Source of the DNA: Felis catus
Lineage: Eukaryota
Length of the DNA stretch: 64,000 bases
Reading direction: 5' to 3'
Assembly (NCBI RefSeq): GCF_018350175.1
Contig: NC_058368.1
Span: 10,850,001-10,914,000, forward strand
Below the pieces are notes generated by a model that was not told the DNA's origin, did no database searches, and saw nothing but the letters and a program-made list of their open reading frames with translations. This document shows, piece by piece, positions 39,301 through 53,260 of this stretch (its first letter is position 1; every line of letters begins with the position of its first letter). The position numbers and the translations under genes were made by a program.

Positions 39301-40711
39301 TGTAGATCAATGGAATACAGAACCCAGAAATGGACCCACAAATATATGACCAACTAATCTTCAACAAAGCAGGAAAGAATATCCAATGGAAAAAAAGACA
39401 GTCTCTTTAGCACATAGCACTGGGAGAACAGTACAGCAATATGCAGAAGAATGAAACTGGACCACTTTCTTCCACTATACACTAAAATAAATTCAAAATG
39501 GATGAAAGATCTCAATGTGATGCAGGAAACCATCAAAATCCTAGAAGAGAAAACAGGCAGCAACCTCCTTGACATAGGTTGCAGAAACTTCATATTTGAC
39601 ATGTCTCTAGAGGCAAGGGAAATAAAAGTAAAAATGAACTCATGAGACCTCATCAAGATTAAAAGCTTCTGCACAGCAAAGGGAACAATCAACAAAACTA
39701 AAAGGCAACTGATGGAATGAGAGAAGATATTTACATATGACATATTAGATATAGGGTTAGCATGCAAAATCTATAAAGAACTTACCAAACTCAACACCCA
39801 AAAACAAATAATTCAGTGAAGAAATGGGCAGAAGACATGAACAAACACTTTTCCAAAGAAGACATCCAGATGGCCAACTGACACATGGAAAGATGCTCAC
39901 CATCACTCATCATCAGGGAAATACAAATCAAAACCACAATGAGATACCACCTCACACCTGTCAGAATGGCTAAAATTAACAATTCAGGGAACAACGGATG
40001 TTGGTGAGGATGCAGAGAAAGAGGAACGCTTTTGCTCTTTGGTGGGAATGAAAACTGGTGTAGCCACTCTGGAAAACAGTATGGAGGTTCCTCAAAAAAT
40101 TAAAAATAGAACTACCATATGACCCAGAATTTTCACTACTAGGCATTTATTCAAAGGATACAGGAATGCTGATTCAAAGGGGCACATGCACCCCAAGATT
40201 TATAGCAGAACTATCAATAAGAGGCAAATAATGGAAAGAATTCAAATGTCCACTGACTGATAAATGGATAAAGAAGATGTGGTATATATACAATGGAATA
40301 CCACTCAGCAATGAAAAAGAATGAAATCTTGCCATTTGCAACATTGTGCATAGAAATGGAAAGTATTATGCTAAGAGAAACAAGTCAGAGAAAGACAGGT
40401 ATCATGTGATTTCACTCATATGTGGAATTTGAGAAACTCAACAGATGAACATAGGGGAAGGGAAAGAAAAAAAAGATAAAAACAGAGAAGGACGCAAACC
40501 ATAAAAGACTCTTAAATAGAACAAACTGGAGGTTGCTGGTGGGGGATTGTGGGAAATGGGTTAAATGGGTGACAGGCATTAAGGAGGGTACTTTTTGGGA
40601 TGAGTAATGGGTGTCTTATGTGAGAGATGAATCACTGGATTCTACTCCTGAAGTCAAGACTACATTGTATGTTAACTAACTTGAATATAAATAAAAAGAA
40701 AAAAATAAAAA
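36341..40711 (+). mobile_element. 5'-truncated carnivore L1: spacer, decayed ORF2, 3'UTR and A tail
   Basis: MALNSYLSIITLNVNGLNAPIKRH start; colinear with the 2782-8764 L1; ends GTTAACTAACTTGAATATAAATAAAAA. Confidence 0.95.
36386..36732. repeat. Two-copy tandem duplication, 175-bp period
   Basis: units start at 36386 and 36561 with ACTGAATTCATATCTTTC. Confidence 0.95.
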
Positions 40712-41304
40712 GCCAGTGAGAGGTGAAACATAATCAAGAATAGAGAAGCAAGTATGTCATGAAATACAGTATTATGTACTTCAACAAATCAAGTTTGATG
40801 AGTAATTGTCATAATTGGTAACTTTATGCCAGTATATGTTAAGAATATCAGATCATAATGCTAACGTTGAGTGTGTTTTCTCAGTAAAGAATGTTGAATG
40901 GGCCAAAAGACCAAATAATTTTTATTTACACAGTGTAACAGTTAATGTTACAATGTAAATGGAACGTTAACGGCAAGGAGTTTTATAATCAAATTCTGTA
41001 AAACAAGAAACTGTTAAGGAGAGTTAAATCAGGGTGCTATAATTAAAGAAAGAAGTATAGAATTCAGATATGTGTAATTTATTTCAAATGAACAATAACT
41101 TTCCAGTATTAGTTGTCCCGAGTAATATTTTTCTTTGTCTCAATATACATACACATAGGCAATGAAAAATAACACAAATTTAACTGAACATCCTATATTT
41201 TTATTTGTTAAATTTAGCAATCCTACCTAACAACAAGTATTTACTCCCACAATTTATCTTTATCTCTCTATGGATTCACCAGTGTTTATGTTGTCAAACC
41301 TCCA

Positions 41305-41525
41305 ACAGCTACGATGGTATACTAAAAGCAAGTGTTGGGAACCAAACTATTTGGGCTCAAATCCTAATTCTTCAGATGTCTCAACTTTCTCATTACTTAA
41401 CCTCCCACATTCTCCATCCCTAAGGTACAGATGAAAATAGTACCCACCTCAAGAGGATTGACAGATAAGTTAACACTTGGAACATTGTTGTTCACAGTAT
41501 GGACCACACAAAGCTTATTACTTAC
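41305..41525 (+). mobile_element. MIR
   Basis: TGGGCTCAAATCCT...TTACTTAACCTC...AATAGTACCCACCTCAAGAGGATTG. Confidence 0.7.
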
Positions 41526-42139
41526 TATTTTCAGTCTAGAGTCAAGGTTGTAAGTCCTGCAAATACAGAGATTTGCTTATCTGTCTTTCGCATCTTCCTC
41601 AATACTATGCATATGGTAGTAGGTAATCAAGAATATTCTCTGAAGGAATCAATGAAAAAAGATAGCACAATTACGTGTGGCCCTAGTATTCTCTTCTTGA
41701 TGAATTCATAAAACAGCCTAGATAGAATTCATGGAAGAGCCTTGCAAGGAGTATTGTCAGTGTCAGGAAACCTCCAGTTAAAAGAAAAAAGTATATGATG
41801 TATGGGTCCTTAGAAGAGTACTATGTAAATAAGGGTACCTGAAGTTAATTTGCATCCAGGAATCACTAAGTGCTATTTTAAGTGAATACAAGAAACAATC
41901 AGGAATGAGGGAAACCGCTTGAAAGAGCTTCCAGAGTTTTTCAAGGTTCAGCCAAATGCAAAAAATTTAACCAGTTAGTTAAATAGTTAAAGTTTAACTA
42001 TTAAACAAAGGTTAACTCCCCAGGCTCATCCCTCTAGTTTACAAAGAAGTCCTTGTTTTCAATCCTTAGAATCCAAATTGACTGAAAGGGGACAGAGAGG
42101 CAGGGAAATTTCTTGATTCACTGGAAGAATAGCCTGGTG

Positions 42140-42320
42140 CAGAGGTTCTCAAACTTTTCACGCTTTAGAATCACCTTAAAGGTTTGTTAAAACACAGATT
42201 TCTTAGGTCTCACTCCCAGCTTTTGGTTCACTGGGTCTGGGATAGGGCTTGAGAATTTGCCTTTCTAACAAGTTCCCAGGTGATGCCCGTGCTGCTGGCC
42301 AAAGGACCACACTCCTGGAG
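42140..42320. mobile_element. MER5A (hAT-Charlie MITE)
   Basis: CAGAGGTTCTCAAACTT...AGAATCACCT...TTGTTAAAACACAGATT...TCTAACAAGTTCCCAGGTGATGC...GGACCACACT. Confidence 0.88.
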
Positions 42321-43103
42321 GAAGAAGAATGGGAGGTACAGAATCCCTGAAACAGTTTGCCTTTCCTCTTAGCTATCCATTCCCAATTTAGAGTCCTAAG
42401 GAGAAGCTGCCCATTAATGACTATTCTACTATTTCAGGAAAGCTGTTCAAGCTTTTAAATGACATCTCCCCACAAGTAAAGTAGGGGACTTCACACGGGT
42501 GGAAAAATTCTACGGGGAGCAGAATTTTAAGTTAAAATCACCTGTAAATGGAGAGATGCAATTTAAACTTAAGGCACCATATGTAGTAAATTGAGAACTG
42601 AAACATGACCTGTCTGGCTTTGCCAAGCCAAAATGACTCCTGGTTTTCCCTCCCTAACCATGAAGTAGTGAGCACAACAGCTGGAACCATTCATTCTCTG
42701 TCAAGAAGCTGCTCTGACAACCCAGATGGGGAGGCTTCAGCCAGGCCCAACCCTGTACCTCAACCTCCTAAAAGTGGGCCCCTCCCATGCCCTCTGCCCC
42801 CCCTTTGCCTCCAAATCCAACCCATCTTTCAGTGCTTCAACTCAGTCCTTGCCCTTTCTTTTTTATTGAAAGCCAAGAGCAGTGAGAATCTAGACTAAGT
42901 ATGTCAGCATTTAAAGTGCATGCTTTTTTGAAAGTATTCTCTGTTGTATATTTTTGTAATCCATATTACACCAAACACAATGTTCTTTTAGCACGTAACA
43001 TCTCCATCTTTTTAATTCTTAGTAAATTCAAAACCTACTGCTCTTACACAAGCATACTGTTGTGTTTTTCTAAAAATCATCCAGGTGCCTATGTCTGACT
43101 TAC

Positions 43104-43152
<49 letters not shown>
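43104..43152. repeat. (GATA)n STR
   Basis: direct reading. Confidence 0.97.
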
Positions 43153-43155
43153 TTC

Positions 43156-43608
43156 TGCTGAGAAATGAAACTTCTTGTACCTACATAGCTTAACCAACAG
43201 AACTGAGAACTGCAAGACTTGTGTTAGGTTAACCTGTGCTGGTTACATCCTTTTAGCTCTTTGTTCCAGGAAATTCTTTCCCAGGAAGATAAAGCTATAA
43301 AATAATAATTAACATGATTCTTCGATTCAACAAACCCCTGAAAACCAATTTGTCCTTGGCAAATTTCACTTGTCAAATAAAATTTAAGGCCCCTCCCATT
43401 GCTATTTACACCAATCTCTAACTATTTATTAGGTCTTCAGCTCTGCCCAATCCCAGTCATTGTCCCACTATGAATGACTCACCCTAAACCACGGAGCTCA
43501 GACCCCCAATCTCATCTCCCCCTCACTTCTCCCTTCTGATAGGGATATCAGGTTAGTCTTCTTTCTTACTGCAATTGGTCTAATAAATGCACCTTAGTGA
43601 GAGCAACA
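43156..43608 (+). mobile_element. Possible solo LTR (ERV1-like)
   Basis: TG...CA ends, about 450 bp, AATAAA near the 3' end; no clear TSD and family not identified. Confidence 0.4.
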
Positions 43609-44189
43609 GATCTCTCAGGAGTCAAACACGGATACTATCCATATACCATATATACTATCCAGAAGACTCATGTTTTTTACAAACTAAGAGATCACTATTT
43701 TCCTCAACACATAATCTGTCTTCTCTCCTTATATGAAAACAGAATTTTAGATGACCGAGTTAATAGCCTGACAATGATTATCATCCAGTGGTCTTCAAAA
43801 AGTTTACAAGAATTTTATAAAACTATGTATACTTTCACAAAATTTTAAATTGATATCTGGAATTTTCACAAGTTGCAAAGAATATAATTTCTGGCATCTT
43901 TTAAATGTTTATGTTTTAAAATTAAACTATTACATCACTGAAAAGTCCTCTCTTACATGTATCCTATGGAAGAAAACACTATATAGCCATTTGATATCAT
44001 TTTCCATTAAAAAATACATATACAATCTTTACAGAAACGTTGTATTGTTCTTTTTACTCTTGAACTAGTATTTCCTTCCATTTTCCTCACATACTTTTAT
44101 CTTAATGTAATTTATTTTGTAACTGAAAAATTTTTTATTAGTTACCCTAATAAAATTTCTCTGCAATGAAAAACAGTATAAATACATTA

Positions 44190-44364
44190 TTTTTAAGTTT
44201 ATTTACTTATTTTTGAGACAGAGAGGGAGAGAGAGAATCCCAAGCAGGCTCCACGCTATCAGCACAGAGCCCAACATGAGGCTCAGTCTCATGAACCATG
44301 AGATCCTGACCTGAGCTGAAATCAAGAGTCGGATGCTTAAGTGACTGGGCACCCCAGGCGCTCC
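44190..44364 (-). mobile_element. Can-SINE
   Basis: reverse head ...CCAGGCGCTCC; TSD TAAATACA(T/A)TATTTT at 44179-44193 and 44365-44379. Confidence 0.93.
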
Positions 44365-44467
44365 TAAATACAATATTTTTAAAAGTTCAATTTCTTATGA
44401 TCAAAAGGATATATACATGTTTATGAGGTTACTGTAACAATTAAAAATAAATGGTTCATTAAAACAA

Positions 44468-44752
44468 CATAACGGGGGAAGGGAAGGAAAAAAACAGTTT
44501 CAAACAGAGAGGGAGGCAAACCCATAGGAGAATCGTGAATACAGAGAACAAACTGAGGATTGATGAGGGTGGGAGAGGGGAAAATGGGTGATGGGCATTG
44601 AGGAGGACACTTGTTAGGATGAGCATTGGGTGTTGTATATAAAGGATGAATCACGGAAATCTACCCCCAAAACCAAGAGCATACTGTATACACTGTATGT
44701 TAGCTAACTTGACAATAAATTATATTTAAAAATAAATAAATACAATAAAATG
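44468..44752 (+). mobile_element. Carnivore L1, 3'UTR-only insertion
   Basis: matches 8515-8700 (GAGAACAAACTGAGG, GATGAGCA, TTGACAATAAAT). Confidence 0.9.
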
Positions 44753-44755
44753 ACA

Positions 44756-45945
44756 AAAAAATGATACCGGGAAAATTGTATATCCAAATTAAAAAAAAAC
44801 AAAAAAACCTTGGATCTGTATCTTGCACCATATAGAGAAATTGACACAAAATGGGTCATAGACCTAAATGTGAAATCTAAAACTGAAAATTTCTGGAAAA
44901 TGCATAGGAGAAAATCTTTGCAACTTGAGGTTAGGCAAAGATTTCCTAGAACAATAAAAGCACAATCCATTAAATTTAATTGGACATTCTGCAAGTTAAA
45001 AACTTGTGTTCCTCAAAAGATACATTACAAATGAAAAGATGTGCAACCATAACTAGATAAATTGTTGAAGAGCACAGATTTGATAATGTACATAAGTACT
45101 GATATCCAGAACAAAGAACTCTCAAAAATTAACAGTAAGAAAACCCAGAAAAAATGGGAAAATGATCCAACCATTTCACCCAAGATATACAAATGGCAAG
45201 TGAACACATGAAAAGATGCTCAACACCATCATCCATTAGGTAAATGCAAATTAAAGCTGCAATGAGATAACATTACACATCGATTAGAATGGCCAAAGCT
45301 AAAAAGATTAGACACATCAACTAAGGTGTTCAAGAGACTGGAACTCTCATCAACATCAGATAAAAAACAGGTTGCCAATTTCTTTGAAATGTAAATGCAT
45401 ATCTACTACATGACATAGGCATTCCAGTCCTAGGCTTTTACTCAAGAGTAATAAAAACATCCGTCCATTCAACAACTTGTACTTGAATGTTTATGGCTTC
45501 ATATGTAATAGGCACTGGAAAAAGTTCAAGTGTCTTTCAACAGGTGAATAGACAAACTGTGATATATCCACACAGTGGAATACTGCTCTGCCATATGAAT
45601 AAATTAACGCTTGATCTACATTACAACATGGATGAATCTAAACAAAGAAGCCAGACCAAAAAAAAGAGTACATACTTTATTATTGCATTTACATAAAGTT
45701 CTAAAAGATGTAAAGGAACCTTAGTTTATTAAGTAGGTTATTGGTGGCCTGAAGATGGGGAAAAAGGATGGGAGGATTTGAAAAGTTTATAAGGAAACTT
45801 TTAGGGGTAATGGATATGTTCGTTATCTTCATCAGGTCATGTTTTCATGTGTATATTCATGTCAAAACTTATCAAATTATATGTTTGTGTCATTTATTGT
45901 GTGCCAATTATACTTCAATAAAACTTTTTATAAAATTTTAAAAAA
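44756..45945 (+). mobile_element. Old L1 (L1MC/MD-like) 3' end
   Basis: KWVIDLNVK motif; ends GTCAAAACTTATCAAATT...CAATTATACTTCAATAAA. Confidence 0.85.
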
Positions 45946-47779
45946 TCAGATATATTATTTATTTTGACAATTATTAACTCAAATGTAAACTTTCATTGTA
46001 AATTAATCTTTAGATAGTTGGGCCCTCTGTTTTTAATTAATTTGTGTATCCATACACTATTATAATCCTGGAATGATACTGAGTTTAATATCAATTATAT
46101 TTCTATTTCTCATGTTCTATAGATGTAAGCTCCAAGAAACCCTGTTACTTACTTACTTGCACACATACATAGGAGTAGAAGGTGGTTTTGTTTTTCAGTA
46201 GCCATAACAATTCTTTGAATTCCCTCAAAAAATATGCCAAAATTCATACAGTGACAAAGCATCAAATACTACTTTTTTAAGAGTGGCAGAATGTTGATAA
46301 TTTTTTTTGAATGTTGATAAATTTTGAAACTGTATGATATGTGTGTGAGAATTCATTATAAAGGTCTCACAACCTTTGTGTATGACTGAAAATCGCCATA
46401 AAATTATGTTTTAAAAATTACTTTTATAATCTATCAGTTGATAACTTCATTAGGTTTCCCTTAAATTTTGCTGAAAATGAAGGATTAGAAACCTATGACT
46501 TGCAAAGTGATTCATTACTTAATCATTAGATCATTTATTTTCCCAAGACAAAAATCAATATTTTCAATTATCATATCATTTGGCATTCTTACAATTTTTT
46601 ACACATCAGGGCAATGTATCATGTTAAGATTTGGGCAGATGAAAGTTACGTGTTTCTTTTGTAAATCTAGAGAAGGTCAATTGTGAAAGGAATATAGAAA
46701 AGAGCTTCCCCTCACCACAGGATTGTTCTAGGCAGAATTTTAGGGAACAACATGAAGAAAATTGAAGGTCTTGTCAATTTCCTTAAAGCTCTCCCTTCCA
46801 GAACAACTTTAAGTAGCCCTGAGGTTTTGTATAATAACTTGAAAGCTGGTGGTCTAAGCCACTTTTCTCTCCCCATCACTTCCTACCACCTATACATATT
46901 TGTTTGTATCTGCCTAGCAGTTTTGCTTTTGTAACTAGAGGGGGCCTGGGATGTGTTATTTGAGTGGAAGGCCTGGTATCTATCCCAAACCAGCAACCTC
47001 AACTAGGTGTGAGCCCTTTTGGTGGAAGAGATAAGGGATAGAAACTTTTCATTCTACTTGGTGAAATTCCAGGTAATGGGTGAGCAAAGAAGGGTAGAAG
47101 CTAATGGGCTATAGTTCATTAAGGCTTTGTGAGACCCTGGGTACCAACAGAGCTTGTAGCTGCTGATAGGAAAATAGATCAGAGAAAAAGAGTTGGAACC
47201 CATGTCTAGAGTAGGTAGCTTTGGGAGCAACTAGACATGACATCATTAGCAGGAACACTGTAAGTTTTAACCTGAGTAATAAGAGAGGGCATAGAGAGTA
47301 ACACCATTAAAATGTTATCATTTGGCTAATTTTACTTCACTTTGTAATCACAGGTCATTGATGCCTGGAATTAGAATTATTCTAAGAAAATGAGTTTTAT
47401 CAAAAGTGGTAATATGTTGCAGTGTTCTATAAAAACTTAAGATTCCCCAGAAGGCTCAGCACCATCACAGGAAGGCATCTACCCCTCCCTCAATAAGGGC
47501 AATTCTAATTTTATTAGTTTTCTATATTGAGACTTTACATAAGATTTTATTTGAAAGAAAGGTTAGTTCTAGTTCTACCTCTATTTAGTTTATAGGAAAG
47601 TCCATGAATTTTGGAGTTAAGATTTGCATGTCTAACCTTGGAGAATTTACCTAAACTTTTTTGAGTTATCTATACAACTCTTGGTTATCTATACAATGGG
47701 AAAATTATATATTCCATTTAGTGTTATTATCCATAACTATTTTGTAAAACTGAATAAATCTTAAGAGCAGCATATTTAA

Positions 47780-48798
47780 AATGTTCCCCGTTAGGTATGG
47801 GTTAGAAGTTGTGCAACCATATGTATTTGGGTTACACAATTAAGTAAATGCATTGTCGGTAACAAGAATTCTGTTTCTCACTATCAGAAAAAAGTTACAA
47901 AGCCTGTAGAGGTATCAGTATCAACACACAGTTTAATAGATTATTGATAAGGAGATGGATGGATGGGTGGATGGATGGATGGATGGAAGGAAAGGTAGAC
48001 AGATAGACTGTATCTAATCCTAACATTGGTTAGTATTCATGCATTTATTCCACTGCTTTATCTGCCGAGACAGTCAAGAAGCAGTGATACCCAGGAGCAC
48101 TGAGCACATCTTGGGCCCAGGTCTTGATTCCTAAGTATAATTCTTCAATAAAAAGAACTGGGGTGCCTTGGGTAAGTGGTTAATTCCAGGGCTGGGGCAG
48201 GGAAAATACATGAGGAGCTTGGAGAATTTTGTGGTGCCAGACAGTAAGAAATTACTAAGAGAAGAAGATTTATGTAGGATGGTGGGGCATGTCAAAAGAA
48301 TATAGAGGCCAACATGAAAGAGCCTCCTCAATGGCCAAAGCTGGAAAATTTTGAGGAATAAAATAAATAATGATGGTACTGGATTAAAGCCCAAAGAATA
48401 AAATAAATATCCATGAATCCAAATAAGCAGACATAAATAATTGAATAAATAAAGGGGGGAGAAAAGACGACTATCCAATTACTAAATGTAGAAGGAATGA
48501 TGAAATGAGAAAATCATCATTAGAACACCATAGAAATAGGGGCGCCTGGGTGGCGCAGGCGGTTAAGCGTCCGACTTCAGCCAGGTCACGATCTCGCGGT
48601 CCGTGAGTTCGAGCCCCGCGTCAGGCTCTGGGCTGATGGCTCGGAGCCTGGAGCCTGTTTCCGATTCTGTGTCTCCCTCTCTCTCTGCCCCTCCCCCGTT
48701 CATGCTCTGTCTCTCTCTGTCCCAAAAATAAATAAACGTTAAAAAAAAAAAAAAAAGAGAAACAGGCTATTTGTGTAGTCTCAGAGAATCTCCTCTCT
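47780..48798 (+). mobile_element. L1MD-like 3'UTR fragment, interrupted by (GGAT)n and a SINE
   Basis: TTCCAGGGCTGGGGCAGGGAAAATACA, GGCCAAAGCTGGAA and CCCAAAGAATAAAATAAATATCCATGA. Confidence 0.75.
48539..48756 (+). mobile_element. Young felid SINE (SINEC_Fc-type), no visible TSD
   Basis: near-identical to 19019-19237. Confidence 0.97.
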
Positions 48799-48799
48799 G

Positions 48800-51700
48800 A
48801 GTACATGGAAATACATGGAAGCCAATGAAAATGATAAAATGACAGCCCCAAACCTCTGGAATGCAGCAAAAGTGGTCATAAGAGAGAAGTATATAGCAGT
48901 CCAGGCCTTCCTAAAGAAGGAAGAAAGGTCTCAGATACACAGTGTAACCTTACACCTTAAAGAGCTAGAAAAAGAACAGGAAATAAAACCCAAAACCAGC
49001 AACCAGGAAACTTGCAAACTGGGAAATAATAAAGATTAGAGCAGAAATCAATGTTATCAAAAAACAAAACACAAACAAACAATAAACAGTGTAACAAATA
49101 AATGAAACCAGGAGCCGGTTTTTTGAAAGAATTAACAAAATCAACAAACCCCTAGCCAGTTTGATCAAAAAGAAAAAGGACCCAAATAAATAAAATCAAG
49201 AATCAAAGAGGAGAGATTACAAGCAACACTACAAAAATACAAAAAATAATAAGAGAATATTATGAGCAATTATATGCCAATAAATTGGGCAATCTGGAAG
49301 ATACGGACAAATTCTAGACACATCTAGACTACCAAAACTGAAACAGGAAGAAGTAGAAAATTTGAACAGACACATAACCAGTAAAGAAATTGAATTAGCG
49401 ATCAAAAATCTCCCAAAAAACAAGAGTCCAGGGCCAGACGGCTTTCCAGAGGAATTCTACCAAACATTTAAAGAAGAGTTAACACCTATTCTTTTAAAGC
49501 TGTTCCAAAAAATAGAAATGGAAGGAGAACTTCCACACTCATTTTATGAGGCCAGCATGACCTTGATTCCAAAACCAGACAAAGACCCCACTAAAAAGGA
49601 GAACTACAGGACAATTTCCCTGATGAACATGGATGCGAAAGTCTCAACAAGATACTAGCCAACCAGATCCAGCAATACATTAAAAAAATTATTCACCATG
49701 GTCAAGTGGGATTTCTTTCTGGGATGCAGGGCTGGTTCACTATCTGCAAATCAATCAATGTGACACACCACATTAATAGAAGAAGAACCACATGGTCCTC
49801 TCAAGACATGCAGAGCCATTTGGCAAAACATAGTATCCTTCTTGATAAAAACCCTCAAAAAAGTAGGGATAGAAGGCACATACCTCAGGATCATAAAGGC
49901 CAAATATGAAAGACCCACAGATAATATCCACAATGGGAAAAAACAGAGCTTTCCCCCTAAGGTCAGGAACGCGACAGGGGTGTTCACTCTCGCCACTGTT
50001 ATTCAACATAGTATTGGAAGTCCTAGCTTCAGCAATCAAACAACACAAAGAAATAAAAGGCATCCATATTGGCAAGGAAAACTCAAACTTTCACTCTTCG
50101 CAGATGATGTGATACTCCAAGTGGAAAACCCAAAAGATTCCACCAAAAAACTGCTAGAACTGATCCATGGATTCAGCAAAGTCGCAGGATATAAAATCAA
50201 TGCACAGAAATTGGTTGCACTTGTATACACCAATTATGAAGCCACAGCAATAGAAATCAAGGAATTGATCCCATTTACAATTGCACCAAAAACCATAAAA
50301 TACCTAGGAATAAACCTAACAAAGAAGTGAAAAATCTATATACTGAAAACTATAGAAAGCATATGAAAGAAATTGAAGGAGACACACAAAAAAGGAAAAA
50401 TATTCCATGCTCCTGGAAGAACAAATATTGTTAAAATGTTGATACTACCCAAAGCAATCCACATAGTTGATGCGATCCCTATCAAAATTATACCATCATT
50501 CTTCACAGAACTAGAACAATCCTAAAATTTGTATGGAGCCAGAAAAGACCCCGGATAGCCAAAGCAACCCTGGAAAAGAAAACCATAGGTAGAGGCGTCA
50601 TAATTCTGGATTTTAAGGTGTATTACAAAGCTGTAATCATCAAGGCAGTATGGTACTGGCACAAAAACAGACACTTAGATCAATGGAACCTAATAAAGAA
50701 TCCAGAAATGGACCCACAAATGTATGACCAACCAATTTTGACAATGCAGGAAAGAATATCCAATGGAAAAAAGACAGTCTCTTCAGCAAATGGTGTTGGG
50801 AAACCTGGACAGTGACATGCAGAAGAATGAACCTGGACAACTTTCTTGCACCATATACAAAAATAAACTCAAAATTGATGAAAGACCTAAACATAAGATA
50901 GGAAGCCATCAAAATCCTAGAGAGATAGCAGGCAAAAACCTCTTTGGCCATGGCTGCAGCAACTTCTTACTCAACACTTCTCCAGAGGAAAGGGAAACAA
51001 AAGCAAAAATGAATTATTGGGAGCTCATCAAGATGAAAAGATTCTGCACAGCTAAGGAAACAATCAACAAAACTAAAAGGTAACTGATTGAATGGGAGAA
51101 GATATTTGCAAACTCAACACTCAAAAAGCAAATAATCCAGTGAAGAAATGGGCAAAAGATATGAATGCTTTTTCAAAGAAAATATCCAGATGGCTAACAG
51201 ACACATGAAAAGATGCTCAACATCACTCATCATCAGGGAAATACAAATCAAAACCACAATGAGATACCACCTCACACCTGTCAGAATGGCTAAAATTAAC
51301 AACTCAAGAAACAACACATGTTGGAGAGCATGTAGAGAAAGAGGAACCCTTTTGCACTATTGGTGGGAATGCAAATAGAACTACCCTATGACCCAGCATT
51401 TGCACTATTAGGTATTTATCCAAAGGATACAGGAGTGCTGATTCAAAGGGGCACATGCACCCAAACGTTTATAGCAGCACTATCAACAATAGCCAAATTA
51501 TGGAAAGAGCCCAAATGTCCATCAACAGATGAATGGATAAAGATGTGGTGCATATATATAGTGAGGATATATAATGATGAGGATTACTCAGCGATCAAAA
51601 AGAATGAAATCTTGCCATGTGGAACAATGTGGATGAAATTAGAGAGTATTATGATAAACGAAATAAGTCAGAGAAAGACAAATACCATACGACTTTACTC

Positions 51701-52032
51701 ATATGAGGAATTTAAGATACAAAAGAGATGAACATAAAGGAAGGGAAGCAAAAGTAACATAAAAACAGGGAGGGGGACAAAACATAACAGACTCTTAAAC
51801 ACAGAGGACAAACTAAGGGTTCCTAGAGGGGTTGTGGGTACGGGGATGGGCTACACGGGCAAAAGGCATTAAGAAAAACACTTGTTGGGTTGAGAACTGG
51901 GTGTTTAATGTAAGGGATGAATCAGTGGATTCTATTCCTGAAATCCTTTTTCCACTATATGCTAACTTGGATATAAATTTAAAAAATACATAAATAAAAA
52001 TAAATACATACATACATACATACATACATAAA
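48800..52032 (+). mobile_element. 5'-truncated carnivore L1 (ORF2 linker to 3'UTR) with a (TACA)n tail
   Basis: [15 protein letters not shown] and YLGINL; internal deletions near 51110 and 51374. Confidence 0.95.
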
Positions 52033-52074
52033 TGCAGATTCCATAATAATAATAAAAAAGAAATTACCTGTCTT

Positions 52075-52320
52075 GGGGAGCTTGGGTGGCTTAGTTAGTT
52101 AAGCTTCTGACTTCGGCTCAGGTCATGATCTCGCAGTTCATGAGTTTGAGCCCCATGTCTGGCTCTGTGCTGACAGCTCAGAGCCTGGAGTCTGCTTCAG
52201 TCCTGTGTTTCCCTCTCTCTCTGCCCCTCCCCTGCTCATGCTCTATCTCTCTTTCTCAAAAATAAAGACACATTTTAAAAAATAATAAAAAATAAAATAA
52301 AAACCCTCAAACCTTAAAAA
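52075..52320 (+). mobile_element. Can-SINE
   Basis: exact TSD AAATTACCTGTCTT at 52061-52074 and 52321-52334. Confidence 0.96.
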
Positions 52321-52461
52321 AAATTACCTGTCTTCCCTTTCTATTATATCAGAATTAAGTTATTATATTGACTTAGATGTGTTGGTAGATAATAATACCT
52401 ATGAATTTAAGTTCAGGTTTATGAAAATGATGTAAAATATTTTTAAAATATAATTTAATCA

Positions 52462-52695
52462 GGGGCACCTGGGTGGCTCAGTTGGTTAAGCGTCCAACTT
52501 TGGCCCGGGTCATGATCTCATGTTTTGTGAGTTCGAGCCCCACATCAGGCTCTGTGCTAACAGCTAGGAGCCAGGAGCCTGCTTCAGATTCTGTGTCTCC
52601 TTCTGTCTCTGCCCCTCCCCCACTCACACTATAGCGCGCGCGCTCTCTCTCTCTCCCTTAAAAATAAATAAGGCTTAAAAAGTGTTTTTTTCAAG
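52462..52695 (+). mobile_element. Can-SINE
   Basis: TSD TAATTTAATCA at 52451-52461 and 52696-52706. Confidence 0.95.
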
Positions 52696-52763
52696 TAATT
52701 TAATCAACAAATGGTCCTCGGACAATTGGGTATCTACATGCAAAATAAAGAATTTGGGCTTCA

Positions 52764-52959
52764 GGGTGCCTGGGTAGCTCAGTTGGTTAAGCATCTGACT
52801 TTGGCTTGGGTCATGATCTCATATCTCATGGGTTTGAGTCCAGTGTTGGACTCTGTGCTGACAGCTCAGAGCCTTGAGCCTGCTTCAGACTGCCCTTCTC
52901 CCACTCATACTCTGTCTCCCTCTCTCTCTCAAAAATAAACATTTAAAAGTTTAAAAAAA
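52764..52959 (+). mobile_element. Can-SINE
   Basis: canonical body; AAGAATT(T/G)GGGC flanks both ends. Confidence 0.92.
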
Positions 52960-53134
52960 GAAGAATTGGGGCCTCTACCTCATACTATATACATAAATTA
53001 ACTCAAAATAGGTCAACACCTAAATAAAACAACGAAAACCATAAAAATCTTAGAAGGAATCATATGGTAAGTCTTCATGACCTTGAATGTGGCAATGGGT
53101 TTTTAGACATGAATTTAGTGTCTAAGCCATCCGC

Positions 53135-53260
53135 TAGAAGTTTTAAGCCTTCAATAGACTCTAGAATTGCAAAATAGTTACATAAATCAGATGATACCGG
53201 TACAATTGTTGTCTAGGTGGGGAGATGTATTCCTAGTGCTTTCTACTCTACCCTCTTCCC
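53135..53260 (-). mobile_element. Inverted L1 extreme 5'-end fragment
   Basis: reverse complement reads GGGAAGAGGGTAGAGTAGAAAGCACTAGGAATACATCTCCCCACCTAGACAACAATTG, like old L1 5' ends. Confidence 0.65.
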
